Of a DNA stretch of 64,000 nt, positions 52,040-64,000 are shown in pieces (position 1 is the first letter of the stretch; every line of letters begins with the position of its first letter). The translations under genes and the position numbers were made by a program. This DNA is from Sphagnum compactum. Taxonomy: Eukaryota. Location: the NCBI GenBank assembly GCA_965153455.1, contig OZ234494.1, positions 8,370,001-8,434,000 of the forward strand. Reading direction: 5' to 3'. Under the pieces are notes generated by a model. It was not told where the DNA came from, ran no database searches, and saw only the letters and a list, made by a program, of their open reading frames with translations.

Positions 52040-52700
52040 GAAAGTAAATATACTTGTGTTCGTTACGAATATGGGATAATGATGTGTATATGAGGCCATG
52101 TTTTGTTACACCAAAAGGATAAAATGCTAAACAATCAAGAATTTAACCTTGTGCACAATGGATAGTGTGTCTTACAATTAATTGAACAAGGAATTAGATT
52201 TTTGTGATGATATGAGTAGGACTATACCTATTTGTATTTCAACAATTTTTCATTCAATCAATGTCCAAATTTTTTTTCAAGTCTAGGAATTTTTTTATAC
52301 AATTGTGAATTCTCAAATCTTGTGTTGATTCCAATTTGAAGGTTTTGAAAATGTATCCATGTGAATGATTTTGGAAGGTTTATCTATAATCTTAAAAAAT
52401 ATCATCTATGTCATTCACAAGATAATCTAATGTTACATAATTTCCTACACATAATTCGACTAACATATCATTTTTAATTGATAATTCATGATGGAGGCCA
52501 ATTGTTTGGCTTGGTATCATTGGCCATTTGAAATTAGAATGACATGTTTCGGTGAATGTCTTTTGCATGAAAAATGAATTGTTGATTTGGTGTGTTTTGA
52601 AATATGGTTTTGTTATGGTCAATTGTTTTGACATTTGTGTAAAATAAATGTGGCAAAGTATTACTTATCTATTGGTGGTGCTTTTAAACAAATTTTCATG
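52040..52700 (-). pseudogene. Inverted fragment of a Helitron-type PIF1 helicase C-terminus
   Basis: TETCHSNFK...GLHHELSIKNDMLVELCVGNYVT is paralogous to 57470-57620; it continues to TIHCAQG (52146-52166) and HGLIYTSLSHIR (52065-52100), i.e. PIF1 motifs V/VI. Confidence 0.8.
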
Positions 52701-52739
52701 GAAAAACAATAAATAAAGTTATTTTTATACAAAAAATGT

Positions 52740-55700
52740 AATATCTTGTTTTGAATGGAGGATTGTGGGGTGATTTCATTGCGATATACTGGATATTAGA
52801 ATATTTACAACTTCCAATTCACATTTGAAACAAAAATAACTGTCAAATTATGATGAAAGTAGGAAATGAAAATGCAAGCCATGTATTAAACAGATTATAT
52901 GCAAACAACCATTTTGAACCTATTATAACATGTGATCCCATGATAAATTTTTCAAATATTCACACTTATGATGCATATGACACAAAATTTAAAAATTGTA
53001 ATATTAATAATGAAATTAATGAAGTTCAACATAAATGCAAAAGGTTTAATTGGAATCTTGAATTAAATATACAATTTGTTAGAAATAATAAAAATTCATC
53101 CTGAATGGTTGCCACAAAATATTGCATTCGCTTTCATTAAAAAATATCCGTATTTGGGTTTAAACACATCACAAATTAAACGTCATCTTAAACATCTAAA
53201 ATTCACATCCCAGGAAAATAATGATCATGAAATTCATCTTTTTCAACCAAAAATAACCAGAAATCCTTGAAAATATTATGGATTTTCCCCCAAATGTTTC
53301 ATTTAATTCACTAGTTGTTCCACCTACTATTCAACATGTGAAATTAGAAAAAATGTAAAAACAAATGAAAAATGATGTCAATCAAATGATGCCAACCAAA
53401 TGTGATCATATTGTTAAAGACAATCTTATTGATTTAACAAGTAAAAATTCTTCAAATCCTATTTTAATTAAAGAAAAAATAACTCCAATTGAAAACATAC
53501 AAAATAATAACAATATTAAAAATAATGTCATTGGTCCTTCAAGTAAAAATATTCCACATCATGTTTTCAATAATAATTTTTAAAAAAAACAAAAATGGGT
53601 TGTGATTTTCTTAACAAAGATGTTTTAAAATCATTCAATGCGATTAGTAGAAATGAAGAACATCTTAATAACTTTGTCCAATTAACAAAAGAAAATCTAG
53701 CTTCAACAAAAAGAAGAAAAAAAAACCTTGAAAAAGAGAATGATGACAAAAATATTATTAAGTATAAAAAAGATATTGAAGACATTAGTAACATGCATGC
53801 TATTGTTGTAAACATTTTGTTTCACATTTCAAATTTGTCTTGTTTCTAAATTATATTTTAACAAATTACTTAATGATTTTTAAAATGAAAAATAGAAGAT
53901 CGTATATTTATATGTAATTCTTGTTGAAAGAAAATTGATTGTGGCAAACAATTGAACATGACTTTACATGAACATATTACAAATAATCAATTGAACTTTA
54001 AATTTATTCTAATTTTAAATAAAATTGAAGAACATTTGATTGCACCATGTCTTGCACTCACACAAATATTCCAACTAAAATAGTATCGACAACATGGAAT
54101 GCATGGAAGCATTGCTAATGTTCCAACAAATTTAGATTTGGTGCAAACTATATTGCCTCGATTGCCTTATGATGATAGTTCAATTGCAATATTTTTGAAA
54201 ATAAAATTAAAATTAAAATCCATATACATGTCAAGTTATGTTCATCCTAACATAGTGATAAAAGCTCTACAAGAACTTTGCCAAACTCCAATATATTAAA
54301 GTGCAAAAATTTCAATTAGAGCAAATTGGCAAGATTTAGTGGAATTAACAAATACAAATGAAACTACAAAGTTAGAAGAATACACAATTGATGCAAATTT
54401 AAAAATAAAAAAATCGGACACATTTGAAAAAATAGTTGATGAAGATTGCACAGACACATTAGTGCAAAATATTTTAAGTCCTGAACATGTTATTGATGAC
54501 AATGACAAATTGCTAACAGTAGTTCCTAGAGAAGGTTCTCAACCTCTTATTATTTCATGATGCACATTACAAAAAATATAATTTTCCAACATTATTTTAT
54601 GGGCATCCAAAACCATCACTTACATGTTTTTATCAAAAAAATTGTGCAAGCAGAACTAATTAGTATAAATAGAAAGTTTGTATATCATATAAGTAATATA
54701 TTTTTAAAACAATAAAAGTTTTATTTCATTTTATATTATCTTGTGCATGTATTCGTATTTGTAAAGCAAAATTATTATATCATGTTTTAAAAACTAGTGA
54801 TGATTCAACTAATATAAATTTAGATAAAATATTGAAATCAAATTCAGGACATAAAAAATTGAATCGCATAAGAACATCTTTGGATTATTTGGATCATCTT
54901 TGTAAAGATGTGTTTGCAATGTTTAGGCAACTTGGCCCACCAACATTCTTCGTGACATTCACATGTGTAAACAATTGATGATTCTTATAAAATCATTAAA
55001 ATATTTATGATCAATACATTGGTGAAAATTTAGGAATAAAAAAAGATGATTCATTAAGTATTAAGGAACTTGTTAGAATTGATCCTAACATTTGTGCATG
55101 TTACTATGAACATAGAATGAATAGTTTTCGTGAACTTATTCGAAATATTGATTTGATATTTGGTAAGGTGAAAGATTATTTTTTCATAACCAAATTTCAA
55201 TCAAGAGATTTACCTCATGATCATGGATTATTGTGGGTACAAAATGCCCCTACATTTAGTGTTTCAAAAAATGAAAAAATTGAATGTGTTGTAGATAAAT
55301 ATTTAACAATTAATCAAACAATGCTTTCAATTGAAATTCGTAATATACAAATACATCAACATAAAAGAACATGCAAAAAAAAACGTCAACCAATTTGTCG
55401 ATTTCAATATCCAAAACCACCAATGAAACATACAAAACTAGTATTACCTTTACATGAACAAGATCGTATGCCAAACCATGGTGAAATTAATATTCAAATC
55501 TATAAAAAGTTTATCGACATGGGATTAAGTGAAGATATTTCTTTTTAAGAAAATTTATTAGATTTAAAAATAGATGAAGAAACGTATCTTCTAAAATTAC
55601 ATTACATAATACAAAAATCAACTTTATTTTTTAAATGAAAACCAAATGATATACGTATAAATGTATTGGGCCTACATGTAAAACTTTTGTGGGAGCAAAT

Positions 55701-57860
55701 ATAGATGCATAATATATCTTAAATCCATATGCAGTAGTATCATATTGTACTTCTTATTTGACAAAAATAAATAAATTTGTAACTCAATAAATGAAAATCA
55801 TATTAAACAAGTGTAAGCATGAACAAATTGAAACATCTAAACACATTAAAAAATTAAGAAATGCATTTTTAAATGCACACCAAATGTTTATACAACAACT
55901 TGTACATATAACATTATCCATACCATTATAGCATTCAACAAGATCATTTCAATTTATAAACACATGTCAAGAACAACATAAAAAAATTGTATTATTACCA
56001 GAAAAAAAATACAAAGCTTATCTCCAAATTTTACAAAAATCCATTGTAAATCATTAATTGATAAGTATATCAATCGAAATGAAAGATTAAATGACTTAAG
56101 TTTAGCAAAATTTATTACTAATTATGATACAAAAGTAAATAAAATACATAGTAAAAATAAAATAATTCATTGGGTTTCATCAATCAACATAAAAATCCAT
56201 AAAATCATTATAGAGAATTATTACTTTTATTTAAACCATTTCAAAAATCAAAACTCAACTTGCAAAATAATTGTGATTCATGGAAATATACTTATACAGA
56301 ACAAAAAAATGATATAGAAAAAGTGAAAAAAAAAATGTATATAATTTTGAACCCACCCAATTCTAATATTGAATGGGACAATTTAGAATCACAAATTAAA
56401 AAATACACAAAAATTCATTGAACAAATGGATGGGAAAATTTATTTTCAAATGAAATAATTGATAATGCAAGTAATCCACATAAAAATATATTATTCATTA
56501 ATACCAAAAAATTGAACCATATGATGTATCATATGAAAATTTTGCACAGTCAACAAATAAAAATGTTTAAAATAAATTGTTAACACATAATTTTTTCAAC
56601 AAAATAGACAAATTCATGACATAAAAAAAATTTCCTCACATATGAAACAATTGAATAATGAACAAAGAACTATTGTTGATGATATCTTATACCAAAACAT
56701 CAAAAACTACAAAACCATTTTATATTTTATGAACAGGTGGTGTAAGGACAGGGAAAATGTTCACCCTCATGTGTATTATATAAAACATGTTACGAATTAT
56801 ACTAAACAAGTTACAAATGTTGATCCTTTAAAACCAAAAATCATGAAATTAATATACATAGGAAAAACATCATTTAACAATAATGGCACAATGATACATT
56901 CTGCACTTGCAATTCCATTAAATAAAAATCTAACAAAACTTAATGCATTAAGTGATGAAAGATGAAACACTTTTATAAAAGCAGATGATTAACTTTGTTT
57001 GCTTATTTATAGATGAAATATCTTTAATCAGTAATAGAATGTTATCTTTCATTGATTATAAAATATGTATTATAGAACAAATCCATAATGAATTTATTGG
57101 TGGATTAAATGAAATAATGACTGGTGATTTCTATTAAGCACCTTGTTCGAGATTCATGGATTTTCAAACCAATAACCAACACTTTTAATAGTATTGCATT
57201 AATTTATTAGTTAGAATATGTACAATGTTATGAATTACAAAAAGTGTCTGACAAGATTATATAAATTTTATTAACATATTGAATAGGTTTAGAAGTGCAT
57301 CACAAACAATTGAAGACATAAAATGTATGAACAATAATTGTTTGAAAACCCCATCGATGGACAACACTTCATCATATTTATTTTACACAAATGTTATAAC
57401 AACTATGCATAACAAAAATGTATTTCGAAACACATTATGTGAAACATTCACATTCTTGGCATGTGATGTTCACACCGAAACATGCCCTTCTCATTTCAAA
57501 TTATCAAATTTACCATATCAAACGACTAGTTTACATTACAAAATTTTGATTAAGAAAAAAATGTTAGTGAAATTATGTGCAAGGAATTATGAAACATTCA
57601 ATGGTCTTGTGAATGGTGCTAATGGGATTTTTGAAGATTTTATAAAAATTATTTCAAAAAAAAAAATTTGGATACATTTTCGTAATCCTCAAATTGGACA
57701 TGATACACAAATTAAAAATTTACAAATCTATGATGAATTCTCAAAACTTGACAAACAATGGACACCAATTAAACATGAAATTGTTAAAACACAAGTAGAT
57801 AAGAATCCTTCCCACGCTATCTCGAGAATACAATTCCTACTTCAATTAGCTGCAACATAG
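52740..57860 (+). mobile_element. Decayed Helitron-type autonomous element: OTU-like segment, HUH Rep and PIF1 helicase pseudogene
   Basis: Rep motifs RQLGPPTFFVTFT (~54925-54963), KFQSRDLPHDHGLLW (~55192-55236) and YILNPYAVVSYCTSYLTK (~55713-55766); helicase TGGVRTGK (56733-56756), IDEIS (57009-57023), TGDFY* (57120-57137) and GLVNGANG. Many stops and frameshifts; truncated at QLAAT*. Confidence 0.88.
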
Positions 57861-58767
57861 GGACTATCACATTGGATTCAACTTTTGAAAGTTTTACCTT
57901 ATGAGAACTGATTTCACATTAGATGAACCGGTTTCTTTGGTGAAAATGTTTAGACTGTTTAGATTAGAACTGATATTTTCAGTGTTTAGAGTGTGGACAC
58001 AGTAGGTAGATGTACAACATCTTACTTATTGGCAGGGCTAGCGTGTTTGTGATGCCTTGTTAATTCTCAGTATGAAATGCTGAAACTCAGCATTTAATGC
58101 ACGAGGTCCGAGACTAAATATAGTAGTTGTACAGCTAGGAGCGCTGAAAATATATGCTGCAGCAGTGGAGGCGTTCAGGTAAAAGGAAAGACATTATGAA
58201 ACTCAATTTACCACCAAAGTTGATGGTTTTCTGAGTTTCATCCCCCCTTGAATGTTAATGTATTTGTTTTGTAGGGTTTGTTTTAATTCTGACCCTGTGT
58301 CTGACCAAACTCAAGGTTATGATGTTGTGTTTTTCTCACTTTACGGATAACTTTATTATTTAACTTCAAATTGTTTTTCTAGCATCCCAACCCATGAAAA
58401 TCAGGGACATCCGAATTAGCTCAATGCAAAAATGTTGGGATGCTAGAAAGACATCCCTACATGGTGTGCTAGTGGGCGTTGGTTCACTCTAGGACCAATA
58501 TCTTTGCACACGCACAAAATAGTTTGTCAAGGATCGAGCAATGGATATGGTTTGCTTGGTGTTACTCTACTTAGAAGTACTCAAGCCGTAAAGAAGTGAA
58601 AAAAAAATTGTATATTTTTAGGATGATTATGGAACAAAATTCATTTTGTAGGGCCTCTCGAGCATGGAAGGCCTTTGGTGTAGGGTATTTCACTTCACAT
58701 CAGCTAGTCATAGTGCCTTCCAAGTTAAAGAAGGCACAAGGTTCTCAAGATAAGCACTTACGAGCCT

Positions 58768-59053
58768 TTTTTTAATTGGTGAAATTTCACCAAAAAGTGA
58801 AATTAAAATTTGAATATGTGAAAATGAAGTGATTTTTGGAGAATTCAAAAAGGGAGTATTAAAAAAGAAGACGATAGTTTTATATTCAGCTTGAATAGGT
58901 AGCCAAAAATATAAAACAATTCTTAAATGTTTTTAACTCTCATATATTGGTTTTAAGCAAATTTGGCTAAATCTTCCTATGGATGATCATCCCTTGGTTA
59001 GCATCAGAAATTGACCCCCGCCCCCCCCACCTCCCCCCCTCTCCGAAAAAATA
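58768..59053. repeat. Probable ~290 bp insertion separating the first unit of the 40 bp array from the rest
   Basis: Orphan unit AAGGTTCTCAAGATAAGCACTTA at 58738; T-run and A-run boundaries; the array resumes at ~59055. Confidence 0.45.
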
Positions 59054-59054
59054 T

Positions 59055-59815
59055 GGGCCCTAAGGAACCTTAAATTGTGAAAGGTTTTCAAGATAAGCTC
59101 TTAGACTGACTTTAAGTCCCTGAAAGGTTCTCAGGATAGGCCCTTAGGCACCTGAAATCCATGAAAGGTTCTCAGGATACACCCCTAGGCACCTTAAACC
59201 TGGAAGGTTTTCAAGATATTCCCTTAGGTACTTTAAATCCTGGAAGGTTTTCATGACAGACCCGTAGGCACCTTAAACCTCAAAGGTTCTCAAGATATGC
59301 CCTTAGGTACTTTAAATCCTGGAAGGTTCTCAAGATAGGCCCTTAGGCACCTTAAATCCTGGAAGGTTCTCAAGATAGGCCCTTAGGCACCTTAAATCCT
59401 GGAAGGTTCTCAAGATAGGCCCTTAGGCACCTTCAATCTTATAAGGTTCTCAAAGATAGGCCCTTGGGCACCTTAAATCCTTGGAGGTTCTCAAGATAGG
59501 CCCTTAACTTAAATCTTATAAGGTTTTCAAAGATAGGTCCTTAAGCACCTTAAATCTTCTAAGTTTCTCAAAGATAGGCCCTTTGGCACCTTAAATCCTG
59601 GGAGGTTCTCAAGATAGGCCCTTAGGCACCTTAAATCTTATAAGGTTCTCAAAGATAGACCCTTAAGCACCTTAAATCCTGGGAGTTTCTCAAGATAGGC
59701 CCTTAGGCACCTCAAATCTGATAGGGTTTTCAATATAGGCCCCTAGGCACCTTAAATCTGATAAGGTTCTCAAGATAGGCCCTTAGGCACCTTAAATCTG
59801 GAAGGTTCTCAAGAT
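59055..59815. repeat. ~40 bp tandem minisatellite, ~18 full units plus partial ends
   Basis: Consensus AAGGTTCTCAAGATAGGCCCTTAGGCACCTTAAATCCTGG; units are 36-43 bp. Confidence 0.95.
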
Positions 59816-62097
59816 GGACCCTACTCCTATAATAATCAACTCAGCCCGCGCTAATCAAGTTTAATTAACTTAAACTGCACCAGTAATCTAATCTGTTTTT
59901 GCTAATTAGCACTTTCGACTCTACGGGACGTGCCCTACAAAAAAGAATGGCGGATGGATTTGTGTCGAATTTATTTGACAATTGTTTTGTTGAATTTCTA
60001 GCGCGATGTGAAGCGCCGGCTACGCAGATTGATTAGTAGTTGTAGCAAATTTGCAGAAGGTGGAGAATGAAAATGGAAGAGTGTTGATGGTCGTGGGTGG
60101 AGAAGCTTTTGTGTGGGACAAATCTGTGAAGGAATCATCGCTTGGGAGGTGGACCTCGACCATGGGGCACATCTGAAGCTTTTGGAACAATCACAATGGC
60201 GGGAAGAGATCACTCGTTCCTGTCTTTTTTCTGTAGACCAGTGACGGGAGGAGTATGAGAGATGAAGCTTTACTTCTGGATTCGGCGCATATGCGTTTTG
60301 TTTGGTTCAGTCCGTTGTCATTTCACTTTTCGACATCAAGCTGCTCTTGTTCGTTGTGTACCGTATTTGTGCCCTCTATTACGGATACTCATCAGCTCCT
60401 CTCAGGTTCACGGTGCAGAAGCCTGTTGCAGGTCATTGTGTCAGACTCCTGTTGGCTTCTTTCTGTGCCGTCGCACCCCTACTCCAAATTGTGTTTCGCA
60501 TCTCTTCTGTTAATTTGGATGGTGAGCATTCAATGCCTCGCTTCGAGATAACATCATCTTTTTTTCACATTCCCTATAATGCGGATTGCTTAGATCATCG
60601 TCGAGGAAGGAGGTTGTAGTTGTTGCCATATTATTGAACATCATGTGGTTCCTATGAGGGGATAACACGGATAGAGAACTGCTTTCTCTGAATGCTAATG
60701 TCTAATCGATCTGCACCAAAGCGTTGCTTAACAAAAGAAATCAAGCATCTAAAGAAATGAAGCTTGTCAACCTTGTTTTTAATGACCGTAACTTTCTCTC
60801 GCCTCTCACAAAAGACTGTAGATCGCATAATGAGATTTGCATACAGTACATAATTTCTATATTCAGATATCAGTACTGTTACAACAGCTTGACAATTTTC
60901 AGCAGGAAATTGTGTGTTCATTGCCCTAGAACATGATCGATAAATGCCCTCAAGTATTGCTTCCAATACCAGTGAGAATTTTGTATGGTCCTTATCTCGT
61001 CTCAAAGACTCAATTGCTCTTATATTAGTATGCAACAAAATTAGTCAATTGCAATCTAAACTGTGGTAGATCTGATGGGAATATTGGAACAAATTATCAA
61101 ACTTGTATATCTATGGACATGTGTGTGATATGCAGGTATCAGGACTAGTGTATTAGAATTATACAATCCTGAAACAAACATTGTGCTTTCAATAACTCGA
61201 ACATGTCTTTAAAAGCTTTGCAAAATGTAGAAATCAGCAATCATATGGTATCATAGTAGCATTAACCAACATATTCATTATAGAGAATGCAAGCGTACAA
61301 AATCATCAGAACAACACTAACCAGTGCTTAAAATATGTTCATGTAAGAAACTTATAAGTGGAAAAATTAAAATTCAAAAACTATGAAGGAAGTTATAGAG
61401 CAAATAGTTCATTTTATGGAAAAATAGGGGCAGTTTTGACGGGGTATTTTTAAGTTTGGTATAGTATGTGTTGAAATTTAATTGAAACTTTAAAGAGACT
61501 CATTTAATTAAACTATAACATTTCAAGAATCAACTTCAAAAAATTAAAGATAAAATGTTATCATTTCACTACAAGGTGAACTTTTCAAGTGATACAAGAT
61601 GCAATGATCATAGTTCATAAAAACTGTTATGAATTTTTATTATATAATAAATATTTTTTTATTGTTGATTTTTTGAAAGTATGATTGTGAAACTATTGTA
61701 ATAAAATAAAAATTTCTAATTATATCTAATATTTTAATTTATTAAAATTTTGCAAGATTACCAATAGTTTAAAAAGCTTATAACTTATTGAAATGAAAAA
61801 ATTGATAAATATTATTTTGTAAAAATGACATTATTATCTAATATAACATTTGTCAATTGTAAAATTTCAAAGTTTTCATGCTTTTGTTTTCAACTTTTTC
61901 TCTAGTTTTTCAGATAAAAGCACATGTCATAATTTGAAAACTTGTAAGTTTAAAGTTTAAATATTCTTTTTAACTAATTTATATTCTTAAAAAATAAATA
62001 TTTGCATTAAAAATTATGAGAAAAAACTTTGAATTACAAAATTTACCAGTTTTGATTCACCTTAGTGTGCAATCACCCTAAAATGTGAATTTCACTA

Positions 62098-62283
62098 TGT
62101 AAATTATATCCCTGTGTAGATTATATCAGGTAGAATTACTAGAAAACTCACCATGCAAATTATCATGAATAAAGTTATTTCACATGTTCAATGTAACTAT
62201 CCTCAACCTTCAACATTCCAATACTCCCACTCATTGAACATGTAAAGTACTCAAGACACAAAGAATTACTCCCACTTATTGAG
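62098..62283 (-). mobile_element. Putative polypurine tract(s) and short 3' LTR of the copia element
   Basis: Two TCAAT(A/G)AGTGGGAGTA motifs on the minus strand (~62267-62282 and ~62222-62237) after the pol end. A candidate LTR would read TATTG...TTTACA; no second LTR is in the window to confirm it. Confidence 0.4.
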
Positions 62284-62284
62284 C

Positions 62285-64000
62285 ACTTGGAACAAGACCA
62301 AGAAGATTACGAAAGCGCTGAAACTTTTCTGTTGGAAAGGGCTTCGTCGTAATATCAGCATACTGATCTTGACTAGGTACATAAGTAGTAAGAATTAAAC
62401 TTGTGATTGGACTCAAACTCTCGAAGGAAATGGAACTGCACATCGACATGCTTTGTCCGCTTATGGAACTCTGGATTTTTTACCATGCGAATGGCAGCTT
62501 GATTGTCATAGAAACGAAATGTAAGAACGTGTTGAGGAATCTCCAAGTCTTTTAGTAAACGACGAAGCCAAACAACTTCCTTTGTTGTGAGACAGGCATT
62601 AATGTACTCGGATTCTGTTGTGCTGCTAGATGTGCAAGTTTGCTTACGACTCAACCATGTAATGGGGCCATTGTTAATTTTCTTTCTTGCGGAGAAGAAA
62701 ATCAGAGAGGCATCCTGATGTCACTCACTCTGGTGTCAAAGGTGAGATTTTCATAAGCTTCAGATTTTTGAGGACTGATATCACCACCTTACGGGAAATG
62801 GAACAAGACACCCACTACAGGTGTATATCCATAGCATAGTTTGCATCTGAATATGCAAAAAGCTTGTTGACTCCATCAGAGCTTGGAATATAAGGCTGAT
62901 ATGTTGCGGTCCCCTTAAGATATCGCATGATTCGACGAACAACAGTACAATGAATCCGTTTCGGGCTCTGTGAATATTTTGAAACAATCCCAATAGCATA
63001 AGAAATATCAGGACGAGTACCAACCATGGCAAACATCAAGCAACCCACCATCTCTTGGTATGGGAAATCAGCTTCAACTTCTTGATCTGCATTAAATGTT
63101 GAATGTAGCTGAACATTGGGATCTGCTGGAGTTGATACTGGATGACAATGACCATAGCCAAAACGATGGACAATATGAAAAATATATCTTGTTTGATCAA
63201 GATACAAAGTACGATTGACTCGATCTCTTGTAATCCGTAAACCAACATAGCATCCTGCTTCACCAAAAGTGATATCAAACTCCTCTTGAAGATCTGAAAT
63301 TATGTTCATGAATTTGGAAGGATTTGTGCAACCTCCAAGACCATCATCAACAAAAATAAGAATCATCAATTTGGGAGAAGAATGTTCACAATACAAGCAA
63401 GGATGGTCGTCAGAAACCTCAGATTACGATCTGTCAAAAACTTGTGAAAGCGAGGATTCCATGCTCGAGAAGCTTGCCACAAGCGACATAAACTCTTGAG
63501 TAGTTTACAGACTTTATTCGTAGATTCAGGAACTTGAAATCCGCGTGGCTGCTCCATATAAATCTCTTCAGATAGAGCACCATGTAAAAAGGCAGTTTTG
63601 ATGTCGAATTGGATCAAGTCCATATTCTCTGCAGCAGCTGTGGCCAAAATTGCACGAATAGATTCAAAACGTGCTGTAGGAGCAAATGTCTCTGCAAAAT
63701 CAATTCCAGGCTTCTGAAAAACGGTCCTTTCCCACCAAACGCGCCTTGTATTGTTGAAGAGTGCCGTCAACTGTGGTTTTCACTTTGTAAACCCATTTAC
63801 TCTTCACAGCTTTTCGCCAAGGTGGAAGATCAGCAAGAATCCAAGTATGATTTTTCATTAGCGAATCATACTACTCAGCCATTTCTTTCTGTCATTCTAT
63901 TTGTTCCAGTGAAGACATGGCTTGATCATAAGACTCAGGTTCAATTGGTAGATCTTCAAAACTTTCAGTCGCACCAAGAAACGAAGGATGAGTATCCTTG
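62285..64000 (-). mobile_element. Ty1/copia LTR retrotransposon pol 3' part (RT + RNase H), disrupted, truncated by the window edge
   Basis: QKPGIDFAETFAP, DIKTAFLHG, IYMEQP, LIFVDD, TRPDISYA, AYSDANYA, SSTTESEY, DNQAAI and HKRTKHVDV motifs across frameshifted ORFs. Confidence 0.95.

Noticed and set aside
59055..59815. CRISPR-like array
   Set aside because: The variable parts are only ~9 nt and homologous to each other, there are no unique spacers or cas genes, and the context is eukaryotic.

Overview
Eukaryotic, intron-containing, AT-rich land-plant DNA; the style resembles a bryophyte such as Sphagnum, but that is inference and cannot be verified here. Two convergent protein-coding genes are well supported: a secreted Ser/Pro-rich hydroxyproline-rich-glycoprotein (extensin-like) gene with an uninterrupted CDS (36979-38520, +) and an 18-coding-exon kelch-repeat acyl-CoA-binding protein gene, ACBP4/5 class (41697-48315, -). 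Most of the rest is a transposon graveyard. It holds several MITEs with TIRs and TSDs, a four-copy ~450 bp non-autonomous Helitron family, a structurally intact 256 bp G-rich mini-Helitron and a fragmented hAT transposase. It also holds a decayed Helitron-type Rep/PIF1-helicase relic with an OTU-like protease segment and an inverted second helicase fragment, a ~40 bp tandem array, and the RT/RNase H end of a Ty1/copia element running off the right edge. No CRISPR, tRNA or rRNA was recognised. I see no clearly new biological system; the best candidates for follow-up are the Helitron ensemble, the charge-free Ser-rich HRGP, the 40 bp array and an interlocked A-B-A'-B' inverted repeat. All family assignments come from motif recognition by eye, not database searches.
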